Source: Dehalococcoidia bacterium (GTDB taxonomy: Bacteria > Chloroflexota > Dehalococcoidia > Lucifugimonadales > QGNO01). From it: a stretch of 64,000 bases of DNA. Within the stretch, counting starts at the first letter, position 1; each line of letters begins with the position of its first letter. The position numbers and the translations under genes are program-made. The stretch covers positions 1,778,160 through 1,842,159 of the forward strand of contig OZ220698.1 of assembly GCA_965116555.1 (NCBI GenBank), read 5' to 3'. Positions 47,779-56,573 of this stretch are shown piece after piece. Below the pieces are notes generated by a model, which did no database searches, was not told the DNA's origin, and saw only the letters and a program-made list of their open reading frames with translations.

Positions 47779-48711
47779 CTACCGTTGGGCAAGCCCCGTA
47801 AGCTCCGCCAGTTGCTCCAAGTGCTCATCCAGGTCAAATACCGGGTTTAGCAGAATGTGGCTCGCCCCTGTCTCCGCAATTGCCTCGATGCGCTCCACCA
47901 CCCGACCGGCGCTGCCCCAGATCGCAACCTCATTGGCCATGTCCGCTCTGCCGTAATACTGGCCGAACCACTCCCTCAGCCTGCGTTCCGCCCGCGACTC
48001 GTCATCGTCAATCGCCAGGTACAGCCTCTTGGAAATGGTGAACTCGCCGGGATCGCGATCCGACTCCTCAAGGTAACGCCTGACCAGTCCGGCGTGCTCT
48101 ATGAACTGCTCGAAGGGTGAGGAGCCCGCTCCCATCCAGGAATCGCCGTACTTCACCGCCCGGCGCAGCGAGTTGGGATGGCGCGCGCCGAACCAGATGG
48201 GCACGTGCGGCCGCTGAACCGGCTTGGGTTCCATGGAGACGTCGTTGAGCTGGTAGAATGTTCCTTCGTAGCTGGCGCCGCCGTCGCTCCACAGGGCCCT
48301 CATCACCCTTATTATCTCAAGGAATCTGCGCACCCTGACCTCATCGGTAATCCCGAACGCGGGATAGTTGCCCGTTGCGCCGCCCAGTCCTACGCCAAGG
48401 ACCAGCCTGCCCCCGCTCATCTGGTCCATGCTGCTAACCTGCTTGGCAAGCTGTACCGGATTGTGAAGTGGAAGCACAAGCACGGAGACGCCAAGCTCTG
48501 CCCTGCTGGTCAGCGCCGTTGCGTAGGTCAGCAAGCTCAACGGATCCAGTACGGCGGTGGAGCCCAGCACCTGCTCCTGGGTCCACAAACCGTGGTAGCC
48601 CAGGCCCTCCGCCCTGGCGCAGTAATGGCGTATCAAATCCACGTCCACCTTCCCATCGGGAAAGGCCTGCGGTAGAGCAATGCATACTTGCAGCTTGTCC
48701 AGGGACATCAT
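47779..48711 (-). CDS. LLM class flavin-dependent oxidoreductase (luciferase-like, possibly F420-dependent)
   Basis: DPL.LL.Y..A.T, LPLHNPVQLAKQ..SMD.MSGGRL.LGVG.G, PKPVQRPH.PIWFG. Confidence 0.92.
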   Translation of the reverse strand: MMSLDKLQVCIALPQAFPDGKVDVDLIRHYCARAEGLGYHGLWTQEQVLGSTAVLDPLSLLTYATALTSRAELGVSVLVLPLHNPVQLAKQVSSMDQMSGGRLVLGVGLGGATGNYPAFGITDEVRVRRFLEIIRVMRALWSDGGASYEGTFYQLNDVSMEPKPVQRPHVPIWFGARHPNSLRRAVKYGDSWMGAGSSPFEQFIEHAGLVRRYLEESDRDPGEFTISKRLYLAIDDDESRAERRLREWFGQYYGRADMANEVAIWGSAGRVVERIEAIAETGASHILLNPVFDLDEHLEQLAELTGLAQR

Positions 48712-48731
48712 CTCCTCCTTGTAGTCGGGAT

Positions 48732-49547
48732 CTATTGAATGCGCATACGGGCCGCCAGAACCGGCGGAATCTGATGAAACCTATTCCAGGAGAGGGGCCC
48801 CTCTCCGCTCAGGTCAAGACCGGCGGGAAAAGCAGGCTCTTCCATCCTGTCCAGAACAAACCCGTACTTGAAGCAGGTGTTGAACAGGAGACTCACCGGC
48901 CTGTGAAAATAGTGCTGCTGCCGGGGCTGGCCCAGTACGCCGACTCCCATGTGCATATACGGCTCCAGATACCGCGTTACTCGCACTCCGAACTCCGTAA
49001 CCAGTTCCCCGTCCCTATCCCATCGCTCCGCCGTCTGACGGGATGTGCCCGAGTTGAACACGGGGTGCACCACCGAAAAAACGAACCTCCCGCCGGGCTT
49101 GAGCAGCCGAGGCAGGATAGAGATAAGCGGCTCTATCATCGCCATGTCCATGAGAGACATGGTGCACACCGCGGCGTCGAAGCTCCCCAGTCCCAGGGTC
49201 AGCAGAGCTTCCGAGTCCGACGCGTTCACCACCCTGTAATCGACTCTGCCTTCCGCAGTGCGACTCCGCGCCCTGTTTATGAAACTCTCGGACTGGTCGA
49301 TAGCGACGACATCAGCGCCGAGGTCGGCCATGCGCCGGGCGAACCTTCCTGCTCCGCAGGCAACGTCTAGCACCGTCTCTCCCGGCTGCAACTCCAGCAA
49401 TCGTTCCGTCGCCGGCTCTATGAGGACCGTCTGGAAGTCGTTGCCGTCGCCTATCGCATCGTCCCACCACTCGGCGATGCTGTTCCATACCAGGACGGTC
49501 TCGTCCTTGAACTCCGGGAAATCGGGAGAAGGGGCGTCCTCTGCCAT
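48732..49547 (-). CDS. Class I SAM-dependent methyltransferase
   Basis: VLDVACGAG, AIDQS, LLKPGGRFVFSVVHP. Confidence 0.92.
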   Translation of the reverse strand: MAEDAPSPDFPEFKDETVLVWNSIAEWWDDAIGDGNDFQTVLIEPATERLLELQPGETVLDVACGAGRFARRMADLGADVVAIDQSESFINRARSRTAEGRVDYRVVNASDSEALLTLGLGSFDAAVCTMSLMDMAMIEPLISILPRLLKPGGRFVFSVVHPVFNSGTSRQTAERWDRDGELVTEFGVRVTRYLEPYMHMGVGVLGQPRQQHYFHRPVSLLFNTCFKYGFVLDRMEEPAFPAGLDLSGEGPLSWNRFHQIPPVLAARMRIQ

Positions 49548-49562
49548 GACCGCTCCCCCGCG

Positions 49563-50354
49563 CTAGCTGAACGCCTGGCTCAGCATGTTGATCTGCCTTT
49601 CCGACAAGCGCCATCCCGACGCGGCGCAGTTATCCTCAACGTGCACCGCCGAGTTGGCCTTGGGAATGGCCACCACTCCAGGCTGGGAGATGAGCCAGTT
49701 CAACGCCACGTTGGCCTCCGACCTTCCCGTTTCGGCGGCTACTCTGCTCAGCGCTCCCTGGCGGTCTCTGTTGGTTATATTGCGCATGCCCACGGCCAGG
49801 GGGCTGTAGGCAATGACAGTGATGTCGTTCTGCTGGCAGTAGGCCAGCGACTCCCTCTCCACCGCCCTCTTGACCAGGCTGTACTCCACCTGATTGGATA
49901 CTATCTTAGCCTTAGAAAGAGCGGCCTGCGCCGCTTTCACCTGGCTCGCCGAGAAGTTGCTCACCCCTATGTAGCGCACCTTCCCTGCCTTGACCAGCGA
50001 TTCCATGGCTTCCATGGTCTCCTCTATGGGGATGCTAGGGTTGGGCCAGTGCAGCTGGTACAGGTCTATGTAGTCCACGCCCAATCGCGTCAAGCTACCG
50101 TCCGCCGCTTTCAAAACGTCGTCGCGGCGGAAGTGCTCCGGCGATACCTTGGTAGCCAGCAGCACCTTATCTCGCACATCCTTGATGGCGCGTCCCACCG
50201 CCTCCTCCGTGCCGTAGGACTCCGCCGTATCCACCAGATTGGCGCCCAGCTCGATGCCTCTGAGAAGAGGGCCGGGCCCCCCGGTGTAGGCCCAGGTGCC
50301 CAGGCCTATATCCGGTACTAGTTCTTTTGTCTTTCCCAGCTGCTTGTATTCCAT
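49563..50354 (-). CDS. Aldo/keto reductase
   Basis: IGLGTW, DTAESYG.E, ATKV, YIDLYQLHWP, IGVSNF, NQVEY, AIPKA; start MEYKQ after GGGAAG. Confidence 0.95.
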   Translation of the reverse strand: MEYKQLGKTKELVPDIGLGTWAYTGGPGPLLRGIELGANLVDTAESYGTEEAVGRAIKDVRDKVLLATKVSPEHFRRDDVLKAADGSLTRLGVDYIDLYQLHWPNPSIPIEETMEAMESLVKAGKVRYIGVSNFSASQVKAAQAALSKAKIVSNQVEYSLVKRAVERESLAYCQQNDITVIAYSPLAVGMRNITNRDRQGALSRVAAETGRSEANVALNWLISQPGVVAIPKANSAVHVEDNCAASGWRLSERQINMLSQAFS

Positions 50355-50400
50355 GGCTTCCCTAGTCGTGGTGTGGTTGGATGAGCTGCCGCACAACTAA

Positions 50401-50600
50401 TCATAGCATCTTATTCATAGTGCCGTGCCAGTCTTTGGTGGCATTGCATAACAGATACAACCATCTCCGGTTCCTGCTGTTGGCCCAGTTCGGGCCGTCC
50501 GTGGCATGGTATAGCGCCACCAGTGTGATACGGCCAGGCTCGGCAGGCGTCGGTGTGGCAGCCGGAGTCGTGACGGATGTGGGAGTTGCGGATAGAGTCT
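50401..50600 (-). pseudogene. Frameshifted remnant of a Pro/Thr linker plus LRR N-cap-like segment
   Basis: Reads ...TPTSVTTPAATPTPAEPGRITLVALYHATDGPNWANSRN in a different frame just past the stop of 50603..51844. Confidence 0.55.
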
Positions 50601-50602
50601 CT

Positions 50603-51844
50603 CTACCTAACAGACGGCGGTTGCGACGGTGTAAATGTATCGTCTGAGCCGTCGTCGGGTGTGATGTCTCCGTATGCCCCAATCTCACCGTAGTAGTCCG
50701 TGAGGCCGTCGATGCTCTCTATCCTACTGTCTGCGAACACATCGGATGATGCGGCGGCTGTTATCCGTGCTCTCAGGTCGGCGAGGGTCTGTGAGTATTC
50801 CGGATCGTCGATCTCCGCACCGTAACGTAGTGCATTGACTGCACCTTCTTCGTCTATCTGCAGATCCCACTGCTCTACCGCCTGCCACGCCTCGATCGCT
50901 ACATTGCCGTGCGCTCCCAACGGCGCGAGGAAGACTACAGCCGAACGGCCTTCCAGCAGATCCACAAGGATGCTCTGAGGCTCTGACAACTGTCCAGCAA
51001 GTAGCTGCTCGTACTCAGATTCCGTTGGCAATGGTTCGAATCCAAATTGACCAGCCTCGTGCGAGCGTTTGAAGAGGTCATATGACCGTGACTCGGCCAA
51101 GGGGACGTCGTAGGCTACGGTTACATTACCAGGGCCTTCTCCTAGAGCATAGCGACTGACATTGTAGTCGGCGTAGCAGGTCATCTTGAGTATCTCATCC
51201 GAGAACCCTCCACGCCAGATCGGCTCGTACTGTGCCGTCAAGTAGGGCCTATAGCGGGGAGCCGTACCATCCAAATGGGACTTAAACTCGACCTCTAGTT
51301 CGGTTGGTGTCGGCAGAGGCTCGTCATCGTCCTTGCCCAGCCAGAAGCGTATCGAATCCTCGCGCTGGGAGAGCGTCCTGGCAATACCCCGCCAATGACA
51401 GCGCACGGAACCCGGCTGCGCCGTTCCTTCGAGCGCGATGTGGACCGGCGACGCTTCAGCAAGGTAGAGGCCTTTCTCAAGTACATCCTCCACGCTTGGT
51501 GCCGTTACACCTCCATCGTGCATACCTCCTAAGGTAAAGAGTGTGGAATCGCTCACATCCCGGGGGGAACAGGGACGATCCGGATCGTCTAAGCAAGCCT
51601 GTTCTATGGGTATAGGCGTCGGGGTTGGCGTGGGTGTCGGAACAGGCGTGGGCGTCGGTGTTGGTGTGGGTGTCGGGATGGCCAATGGTGTGGGTGTTGC
51701 CGTTGGAGTACGCTGGGGAGTTTCTGTCGCCATAGGCGCAGACCCATCCACTGATGGAGTGGCCGGCTCATTGGAACATCCGACCAGAAGCATGGCAACG
51801 AGTATTGGAGCCGCAACCAGCCAACCTACGATCAATCTCAACAC
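50603..51844 (-). CDS. Hypothetical secreted lipoprotein with Pro-Thr repeat linker (possibly truncated)
   Basis: Lipobox LVGC, (TP)n tract near 51610-51715, acidic domain of unknown function. Confidence 0.75.
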   Translation of the reverse strand: MLRLIVGWLVAAPILVAMLLVGCSNEPATPSVDGSAPMATETPQRTPTATPTPLAIPTPTPTPTPTPVPTPTPTPTPIPIEQACLDDPDRPCSPRDVSDSTLFTLGGMHDGGVTAPSVEDVLEKGLYLAEASPVHIALEGTAQPGSVRCHWRGIARTLSQREDSIRFWLGKDDDEPLPTPTELEVEFKSHLDGTAPRYRPYLTAQYEPIWRGGFSDEILKMTCYADYNVSRYALGEGPGNVTVAYDVPLAESRSYDLFKRSHEAGQFGFEPLPTESEYEQLLAGQLSEPQSILVDLLEGRSAVVFLAPLGAHGNVAIEAWQAVEQWDLQIDEEGAVNALRYGAEIDDPEYSQTLADLRARITAAASSDVFADSRIESIDGLTDYYGEIGAYGDITPDDGSDDTFTPSQPPSVR

Positions 51845-52054
51845 TGCTTCCTCTGTTGCATGTTCAGCACCTCCGCCTGAAAAGCGTCGCCATCTGAGAC
51901 TTTCTATATACGTCTATACGTAGTGGAGGGCCTTTTGGCTTGCCACACCAATGCAAATTGCAAACCAATTCCTGATTGGGGATTCGCAAAACGGGGATTT
52001 GGATGCATACTTGCCATGTCTAGTTCTACCACAAATCCCTGACAAGGAGTAAAC

Positions 52055-53179
52055 ATGGTTGAGAAGATTAGAGTCGGTGTCCTTGGCGCAAGCGCGGCTT
52101 ACGGTTGGGGCGGACGCGCCCATGCACCCGCAATCGAGGCCCTGCCCGAATACGAGCTGGTCGCGGTGGGCACTTCCCGTCCCGAGACCGCGACCCGCGC
52201 CGCCGAGCAGCTTGGCGCAAAGCACGCCCACCACGATTACCGCGAACTCATAGCCAACCCGGAAGTGGACCTGGTCTGCGTCAGCGTGAAGGCGCCGCTG
52301 CACTATGACATGACCATGGCGGCCCTTCGCGCCAGCAAACCGGTGTTCACCGAATGGCCCCTGGCCGCCAACGTGGGGCAGGCGGAGGAAATGACGACGT
52401 TGGCCGTAGAAAAAGGCATCCCCAACATCGTGGGGCTCCAAGCCAGGGTATCGCCGGGGGTTATGCACATGAAAGAGCTCATCGACGAGGGATACGTGGG
52501 CACACCGCTCAGTTGCTCCATGACCATGTTCCTCACCAGTCGAGAGCGCGACAGCGTGAACGCCTGGGAAGGCGACCGCAAGCAGGGCGGCAACGTGCTG
52601 AGCATCCACAGCGGCCACTCCATAGACGCCCTCTGCTTCTGCCTCGGCGACTTTGCCGAGCTGTCGAGCTACGTTCTGACCCAGGTCCCAACCTGGCACG
52701 TCAGCGATACGGGAGAGGACGTCGCCGTGGACGCGCCAGACAATATCCTGGTCAACGGCGTGTTGCAAAGCGGCTGCGTCGTCTCAGTGCACGTCGCTGC
52801 CGCGCCGGGGCCCGCTCCCGGCTGGCGAATGCAGGTCTACGGCACGGAAGGCAGCTTGCTGGCCACCTCCACACTTATGCTCCAGTACGGAGAGGTTGTT
52901 CTTCGCGGGGCACGACGGCAGGAGGTCGGCGACTCCTACAGATACGTGGGCGAAGCGGCTTTCCAAGAGATCCCCATACCCGGCAAGCATACGTTCGTCC
53001 CCGACTCCGTGCCCGACGGGCCGCCGTTCAACATCGCTCAGCTCTACCGCCGCCTCTCGGACGGCATGCTTCACGGCAAACCGGTGCACCCCGACTTTGA
53101 ACACGCCCTGAAGCACCACCGCCTGCTTAACGCCATTGAGATTGCGGCAGAGACGGGCACGGTGCAGAAACTGGGGTAA
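52055..53179 (+). CDS. Gfo/Idh/MocA family oxidoreductase
   Basis: IRVGVLGA....WG..AH, VDLV.VSV..P.H, FTEWPL, GH.IDAL. Confidence 0.92.
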   Translation: MVEKIRVGVLGASAAYGWGGRAHAPAIEALPEYELVAVGTSRPETATRAAEQLGAKHAHHDYRELIANPEVDLVCVSVKAPLHYDMTMAALRASKPVFTEWPLAANVGQAEEMTTLAVEKGIPNIVGLQARVSPGVMHMKELIDEGYVGTPLSCSMTMFLTSRERDSVNAWEGDRKQGGNVLSIHSGHSIDALCFCLGDFAELSSYVLTQVPTWHVSDTGEDVAVDAPDNILVNGVLQSGCVVSVHVAAAPGPAPGWRMQVYGTEGSLLATSTLMLQYGEVVLRGARRQEVGDSYRYVGEAAFQEIPIPGKHTFVPDSVPDGPPFNIAQLYRRLSDGMLHGKPVHPDFEHALKHHRLLNAIEIAAETGTVQKLG

Positions 53180-53211
53180 GAAAGGACATCTCGATACTTT
53201 AGGGACAAGAG

Positions 53212-53331
53212 ATGAGCAAAAAGAAGCCAAAGAAGAAGAACAAGGCCCGCAAGAAGGCCCAGAAGAGCACGGCGGTGAGTAAGGCGGACGCCGTGCAGAG
53301 GTATCTGGACTGGAGAGGCCGGGCCTCTTAG
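53212..53331 (+). CDS. Small Lys-rich ORF, 39 aa
   Basis: AGGGA SD-like site; MSKKKPKKKNKARKKAQKSTAVSKADAVQRYLDWRGRAS*. Confidence 0.4.
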   Translation: MSKKKPKKKNKARKKAQKSTAVSKADAVQRYLDWRGRAS

Positions 53332-53342
53332 GACCTCGACAC

Positions 53343-53378
53343 GGACCGTACGATGTGGAAGTCGTGGACTACCATTGA
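53343..53378 (+). pseudogene. C-terminal remnant of a HigB-type toxin
   Basis: GPYDVEVVDYH* matches the typical HigB C-terminus and abuts higA; no start codon back to an in-frame TAA at 53280. Confidence 0.65.
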
Positions 53379-53392
53379 TGAGGAGTTTAGAC

Positions 53393-53710
53393 ATGAGTGT
53401 GAGCAACGGAATGAGGCCGGTGCACCCCGGAGAGATACTGGGCGAGGAGCTTGAGGAGCTTGGACTATCGGCGAACGCGCTGGCCAAGGCCCTGGACGTG
53501 CCCACGAATCGAGTTACGGCTATCCTGAAGGGGCAGCGCGGGATAACGGCTGACACAGCTCTACGCCTCTCACGCTACTTCGGCACCACGCCCCAACTGT
53601 GGCAGAACCTCCAGAAAGCCTTCGAGTTGCGCGTGGCGGAGATTGAATCCGGGACGCAAATCGAGGCACGGGTGCAACCACGGGAGACGGTGCGGACTGC
53701 TGCGGGATAG
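53393..53710 (+). CDS. higA: HigA family antitoxin (HTH)
   Basis: GAGGAG SD; MRPVHPGEIL.EEL, ALAKAL.V..NRV..IL.GQRGITADTALRL.RYFGTTP..W.NLQ. Confidence 0.95.
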   Translation: MSVSNGMRPVHPGEILGEELEELGLSANALAKALDVPTNRVTAILKGQRGITADTALRLSRYFGTTPQLWQNLQKAFELRVAEIESGTQIEARVQPRETVRTAAG

Positions 53711-53726
53711 ACGTCCTACCGCGGCC

Positions 53727-54842
53727 TCACAGCTCCATTAGACGGGACGTGTCCATGAAATCGGTCACCAGCTCAGGGCCGCTCTCCGTGATGAGCACCG
53801 CATCCTCTATGTGGTAGCCGGCCTGCCCCGGCCAGCGCACCCTTGTCTCCAGGGAAAAGAACATCCCCGGCTGCAGAGGCGTATCGTCGTCCCCGGCGAG
53901 CATGGGAGTTTCGTGGATGGCGTAACCGACGCCGTGCCCGGCAAAGGACAGCGAGAACGATATCTCCGCCCGCTTGTAGCCTGCCACCGCTGCCTTGAAC
54001 ACGTCGCTGGCGAGTGCGCCGGGTTGCATGGAGTCCAGTGTCTCCATGTGCACCTGGTATATGCGCTCGTAGATGGACCTCTGCTCCGCCGTGGCCTTGC
54101 CCAGCACGGCAGTGCGAGCCACGTCGGAATAGTAGCCTGAGAAGTAGCCGCCGCAGTCCGTCTTCACCAGGTCGCCGGGCTGGATGCGATAGTCTGTCGG
54201 ATCGGGATGGGCGTGGCCTGTGTTGGGTCCGGTGGTAAGATAGAGAAAGGCGGGAAGCTCCGCGCCGCCGCGCAGTATCTCGCTGCCCAGGCGGGCCACC
54301 AGGTCCGACTCCACGTCTCCCGGCTTGATGGTCGAGTAGGTAGCCATCAGGGCGCGTTCCGTGGCAATGGCGGCCCTCTTCAACACCTCTATCTCGGAGT
54401 CGCTCTTCACCATGCGCACCCGCTCCAGGAGCTTCTCGCATGCCTGGAACTGCGCCTCTGGGAGGGCGGCGACCATCTCCTTGTGGAAGTCGACGCTGAG
54501 GTAGCTCGGCTCGAAGCCTATGCGTCCCGCCGACAGCCCCTTTTCCTGCAGCACGTCCGCCAGCACGTCTATCGGCGACTTGACGTGCTGCACGTAGCCC
54601 CGGATATCCTCTATCCAGCCCTTCTCCCTGCAGTACCCCTCTTCCTGGGTCGCCACTATCAGGGTGGGAGAGCCCTCCTTGGGCCAGACCACCAGGGCCA
54701 GCCTGTCGCGGATGGAGCGCTGCGTCCAAAGCAGGACGCCGGACGTATAGGGGGCGTTCTCCGGCGACATGGCCACGATTGCATCAAAATCGCTGGCCTC
54801 TACCTCTCGCCTCAGCGAATCCAGGTTGCCTTGTACAGCCAT
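53727..54842 (-). CDS. M24 family (Xaa-Pro) metallopeptidase
   Basis: KTDCG...GYYSDVART, GHGVG..IHE, SLE, HIEDA; start MAVQGN. Confidence 0.9.
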   Translation of the reverse strand: MAVQGNLDSLRREVEASDFDAIVAMSPENAPYTSGVLLWTQRSIRDRLALVVWPKEGSPTLIVATQEEGYCREKGWIEDIRGYVQHVKSPIDVLADVLQEKGLSAGRIGFEPSYLSVDFHKEMVAALPEAQFQACEKLLERVRMVKSDSEIEVLKRAAIATERALMATYSTIKPGDVESDLVARLGSEILRGGAELPAFLYLTTGPNTGHAHPDPTDYRIQPGDLVKTDCGGYFSGYYSDVARTAVLGKATAEQRSIYERIYQVHMETLDSMQPGALASDVFKAAVAGYKRAEISFSLSFAGHGVGYAIHETPMLAGDDDTPLQPGMFFSLETRVRWPGQAGYHIEDAVLITESGPELVTDFMDTSRLMEL

Positions 54843-54849
54843 GTCTAAA

Positions 54850-55299
54850 CTAGAGCGGCACTGTGGCCTTGGCCACGGCAACCGTTTGGCCCATCTGGTT
54901 GACGCCCCTGACTTCAACGTCCACCAAGCGATTGCCCTCTTCCTCGCGCTTGTCGATGACTTCACCGCTGTAGGTAACCACGTCGTTGGCCTGGATGGGC
55001 TCCAGGGCTCGCATGCTGATACTCCCCCGGGTGACGTTTCTTGTGGGGAAAGCCGTCTGCAGGAGCTCCACCATGAACCCGCACGTGCTGACGCCGTAGT
55101 TCACCATCGATCCGAAGATGCCCTGCTCGGCGAACTCACTGTCGACGTGAAGGTTCATGCCCTCAATCTCGCGCTCAGGATCCTCGTTCAAAATCAGGTA
55201 GTTGTCGATGTCTTCCTGCGTCTCCGACTTCTGCATGGTAGGAAGCTGATCGCCTACATTTATGGAATCGAAACTGACTGACGCTGCCTCAACTAACAT
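54850..55299 (-). CDS. MaoC-family (hot-dog) dehydratase
   Basis: NLHVDSEFA...G, G.MV.YG, P...NDVVTYSGEV..K. Confidence 0.85.
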   Translation of the reverse strand: MLVEAASVSFDSINVGDQLPTMQKSETQEDIDNYLILNEDPEREIEGMNLHVDSEFAEQGIFGSMVNYGVSTCGFMVELLQTAFPTRNVTRGSISMRALEPIQANDVVTYSGEVIDKREEEGNRLVDVEVRGVNQMGQTVAVAKATVPL

Positions 55300-55310
55300 T
55301 TAACCCCTCC

Positions 55311-55832
55311 TTAGCTCTGGCGCACCTTTCTGCCCTTAGAGTACTCCCAGATGATGTTGTAAAGATAATCGCACACCTTCTCCCCGCGCTGGTTGTGTCC
55401 CACCACGCGGAACGATACGAACTTGTTGCCTGAGCGGCTCTCCCACGTGCGGTGGACAGAGGTAGTACTTGTCACCTCGTCACCGGGATAGACCGGAACG
55501 TCCTGGAACGTGATCTCAGCGCCCACAAAGGGGGTGCTTCTGGGTTCGCTGGTCTGCTCCGGCAAAAGATAGCCTAGGGAGTTGAACAGATCCCAGCGCC
55601 GCATCGGCGCGTAGGCGAACACCATGGTGGGCGCCGCGACGACGCTGTCGTATCCCTCCGCCTTTGCCGCCTCGTCGTCATAGTAGATGGGGTTGGTGTT
55701 CAGCACCGACTTGGCGTAGTTGGCGATGGACTCGCGGGTCACCGACATAACAATGGGCGGAGATTCCAGGCCCGGTTCGAACATCTCCCAGGTCCAGACC
55801 GGCATCTCGTCTTTGGGCTTTGCCTCTGTCAT
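55311..55832 (-). CDS. MaoC/FAS1-like dehydratase N-terminal partner (HadA-like)
   Basis: I.NYA.SV..TNPIYYD.EAA...GY..VVAAPT, PVYPGD.V, NQRGE.V. Confidence 0.85.
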   Translation of the reverse strand: MTEAKPKDEMPVWTWEMFEPGLESPPIVMSVTRESIANYAKSVLNTNPIYYDDEAAKAEGYDSVVAAPTMVFAYAPMRRWDLFNSLGYLLPEQTSEPRSTPFVGAEITFQDVPVYPGDEVTSTTSVHRTWESRSGNKFVSFRVVGHNQRGEKVCDYLYNIIWEYSKGRKVRQS

Positions 55833-55866
55833 AGCCGCCTCCTAGCTTTGATCTCAGGTCAAACGG

Positions 55867-55895
55867 AGCATATCTTTACGTGGAAGCGGTGTCAA
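55867..55895 (-). promoter_or_regulatory. Sigma70-type promoter of the MaoC-MaoC-M24 operon
   Basis: TTGACA-17 nt-TATGCT on the minus strand. Confidence 0.7.
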
Positions 55896-55959
55896 CGAAG
55901 GTGCTGATGAGACATTATCGCCACGGCGTGTACCGTGGGTGTCATAGGACACCACTAAG

Positions 55960-56000
55960 TTGACAAGGGGCAATTTAAGCTGCGACACTTTAAGCTACGA
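55960..56000 (+). promoter_or_regulatory. Promoter with direct repeat upstream of the Panacea gene
   Basis: TTGACA-18 nt-GACACT; TTTAAGCT(G/A)CGA repeated at 55974 and 55989. Confidence 0.5.
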
Positions 56001-56015
56001 AACCGTGAGGAGATA

Positions 56016-56573
56016 GTGATGACAGTCGACTCTGTCATACAGACTGTATTAGCTAGGGTAGGGGGCGGCGTTCCAGCAACCAAACTAGTCAAGCTGGTTT
56101 ATCTCGTTGACTTCGTGCACTATCAGCATTTCGGGGAAACGGTTACAGGGCTAGAATACCAGTGGGACCATTTTGGCCCCAATGCAGTACAACACCGAAT
56201 CGTCAGAGTGGCTGAAGATCTAGCAGAAAAGCACCAGATCACCTACAGAAAAGTTGACCATTGGCATGGTGGTGTCACGAAGTATTTTGGTGTTGCTCCA
56301 GATTCTGAAATACCAACCCTCTCTGCTACGGCCGAGATGGCGCTGAACGATGTAGTTGCCCGCTACGGAAGACTTTCGGTGAAAGAGATTACGGAAGTCA
56401 GCAAGAAAACCCGCCCGTTCAAGAACGCTTCACAGTATGACATGCTGACCATGGAACAATTGGCGCCTGCGTTAGGCGCTACAGCAGATGACGTTGAAGC
56501 CTATAACCGTGATTTGGCCGAACATGGAGTCCTAACTCTGGAAGAGGTTAAACGTGAGTATGGACTTGAATAG
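56016..56573 (+). CDS. Panacea (DUF4065/SocA/GepA-like) domain antitoxin-like protein
   Basis: KLVKLVYLVDF.HY...GETVTG..Y....FGP, V...YG.LS.KEI.E.S....P. Confidence 0.85.
   Translation: MMTVDSVIQTVLARVGGGVPATKLVKLVYLVDFVHYQHFGETVTGLEYQWDHFGPNAVQHRIVRVAEDLAEKHQITYRKVDHWHGGVTKYFGVAPDSEIPTLSATAEMALNDVVARYGRLSVKEITEVSKKTRPFKNASQYDMLTMEQLAPALGATADDVEAYNRDLAEHGVLTLEEVKREYGLE

Noticed and set aside
51600-51720. Tandem DNA repeat or contingency locus
   Set aside because: It encodes an in-frame Pro-Thr linker with varied codons, not a perfect DNA repeat.
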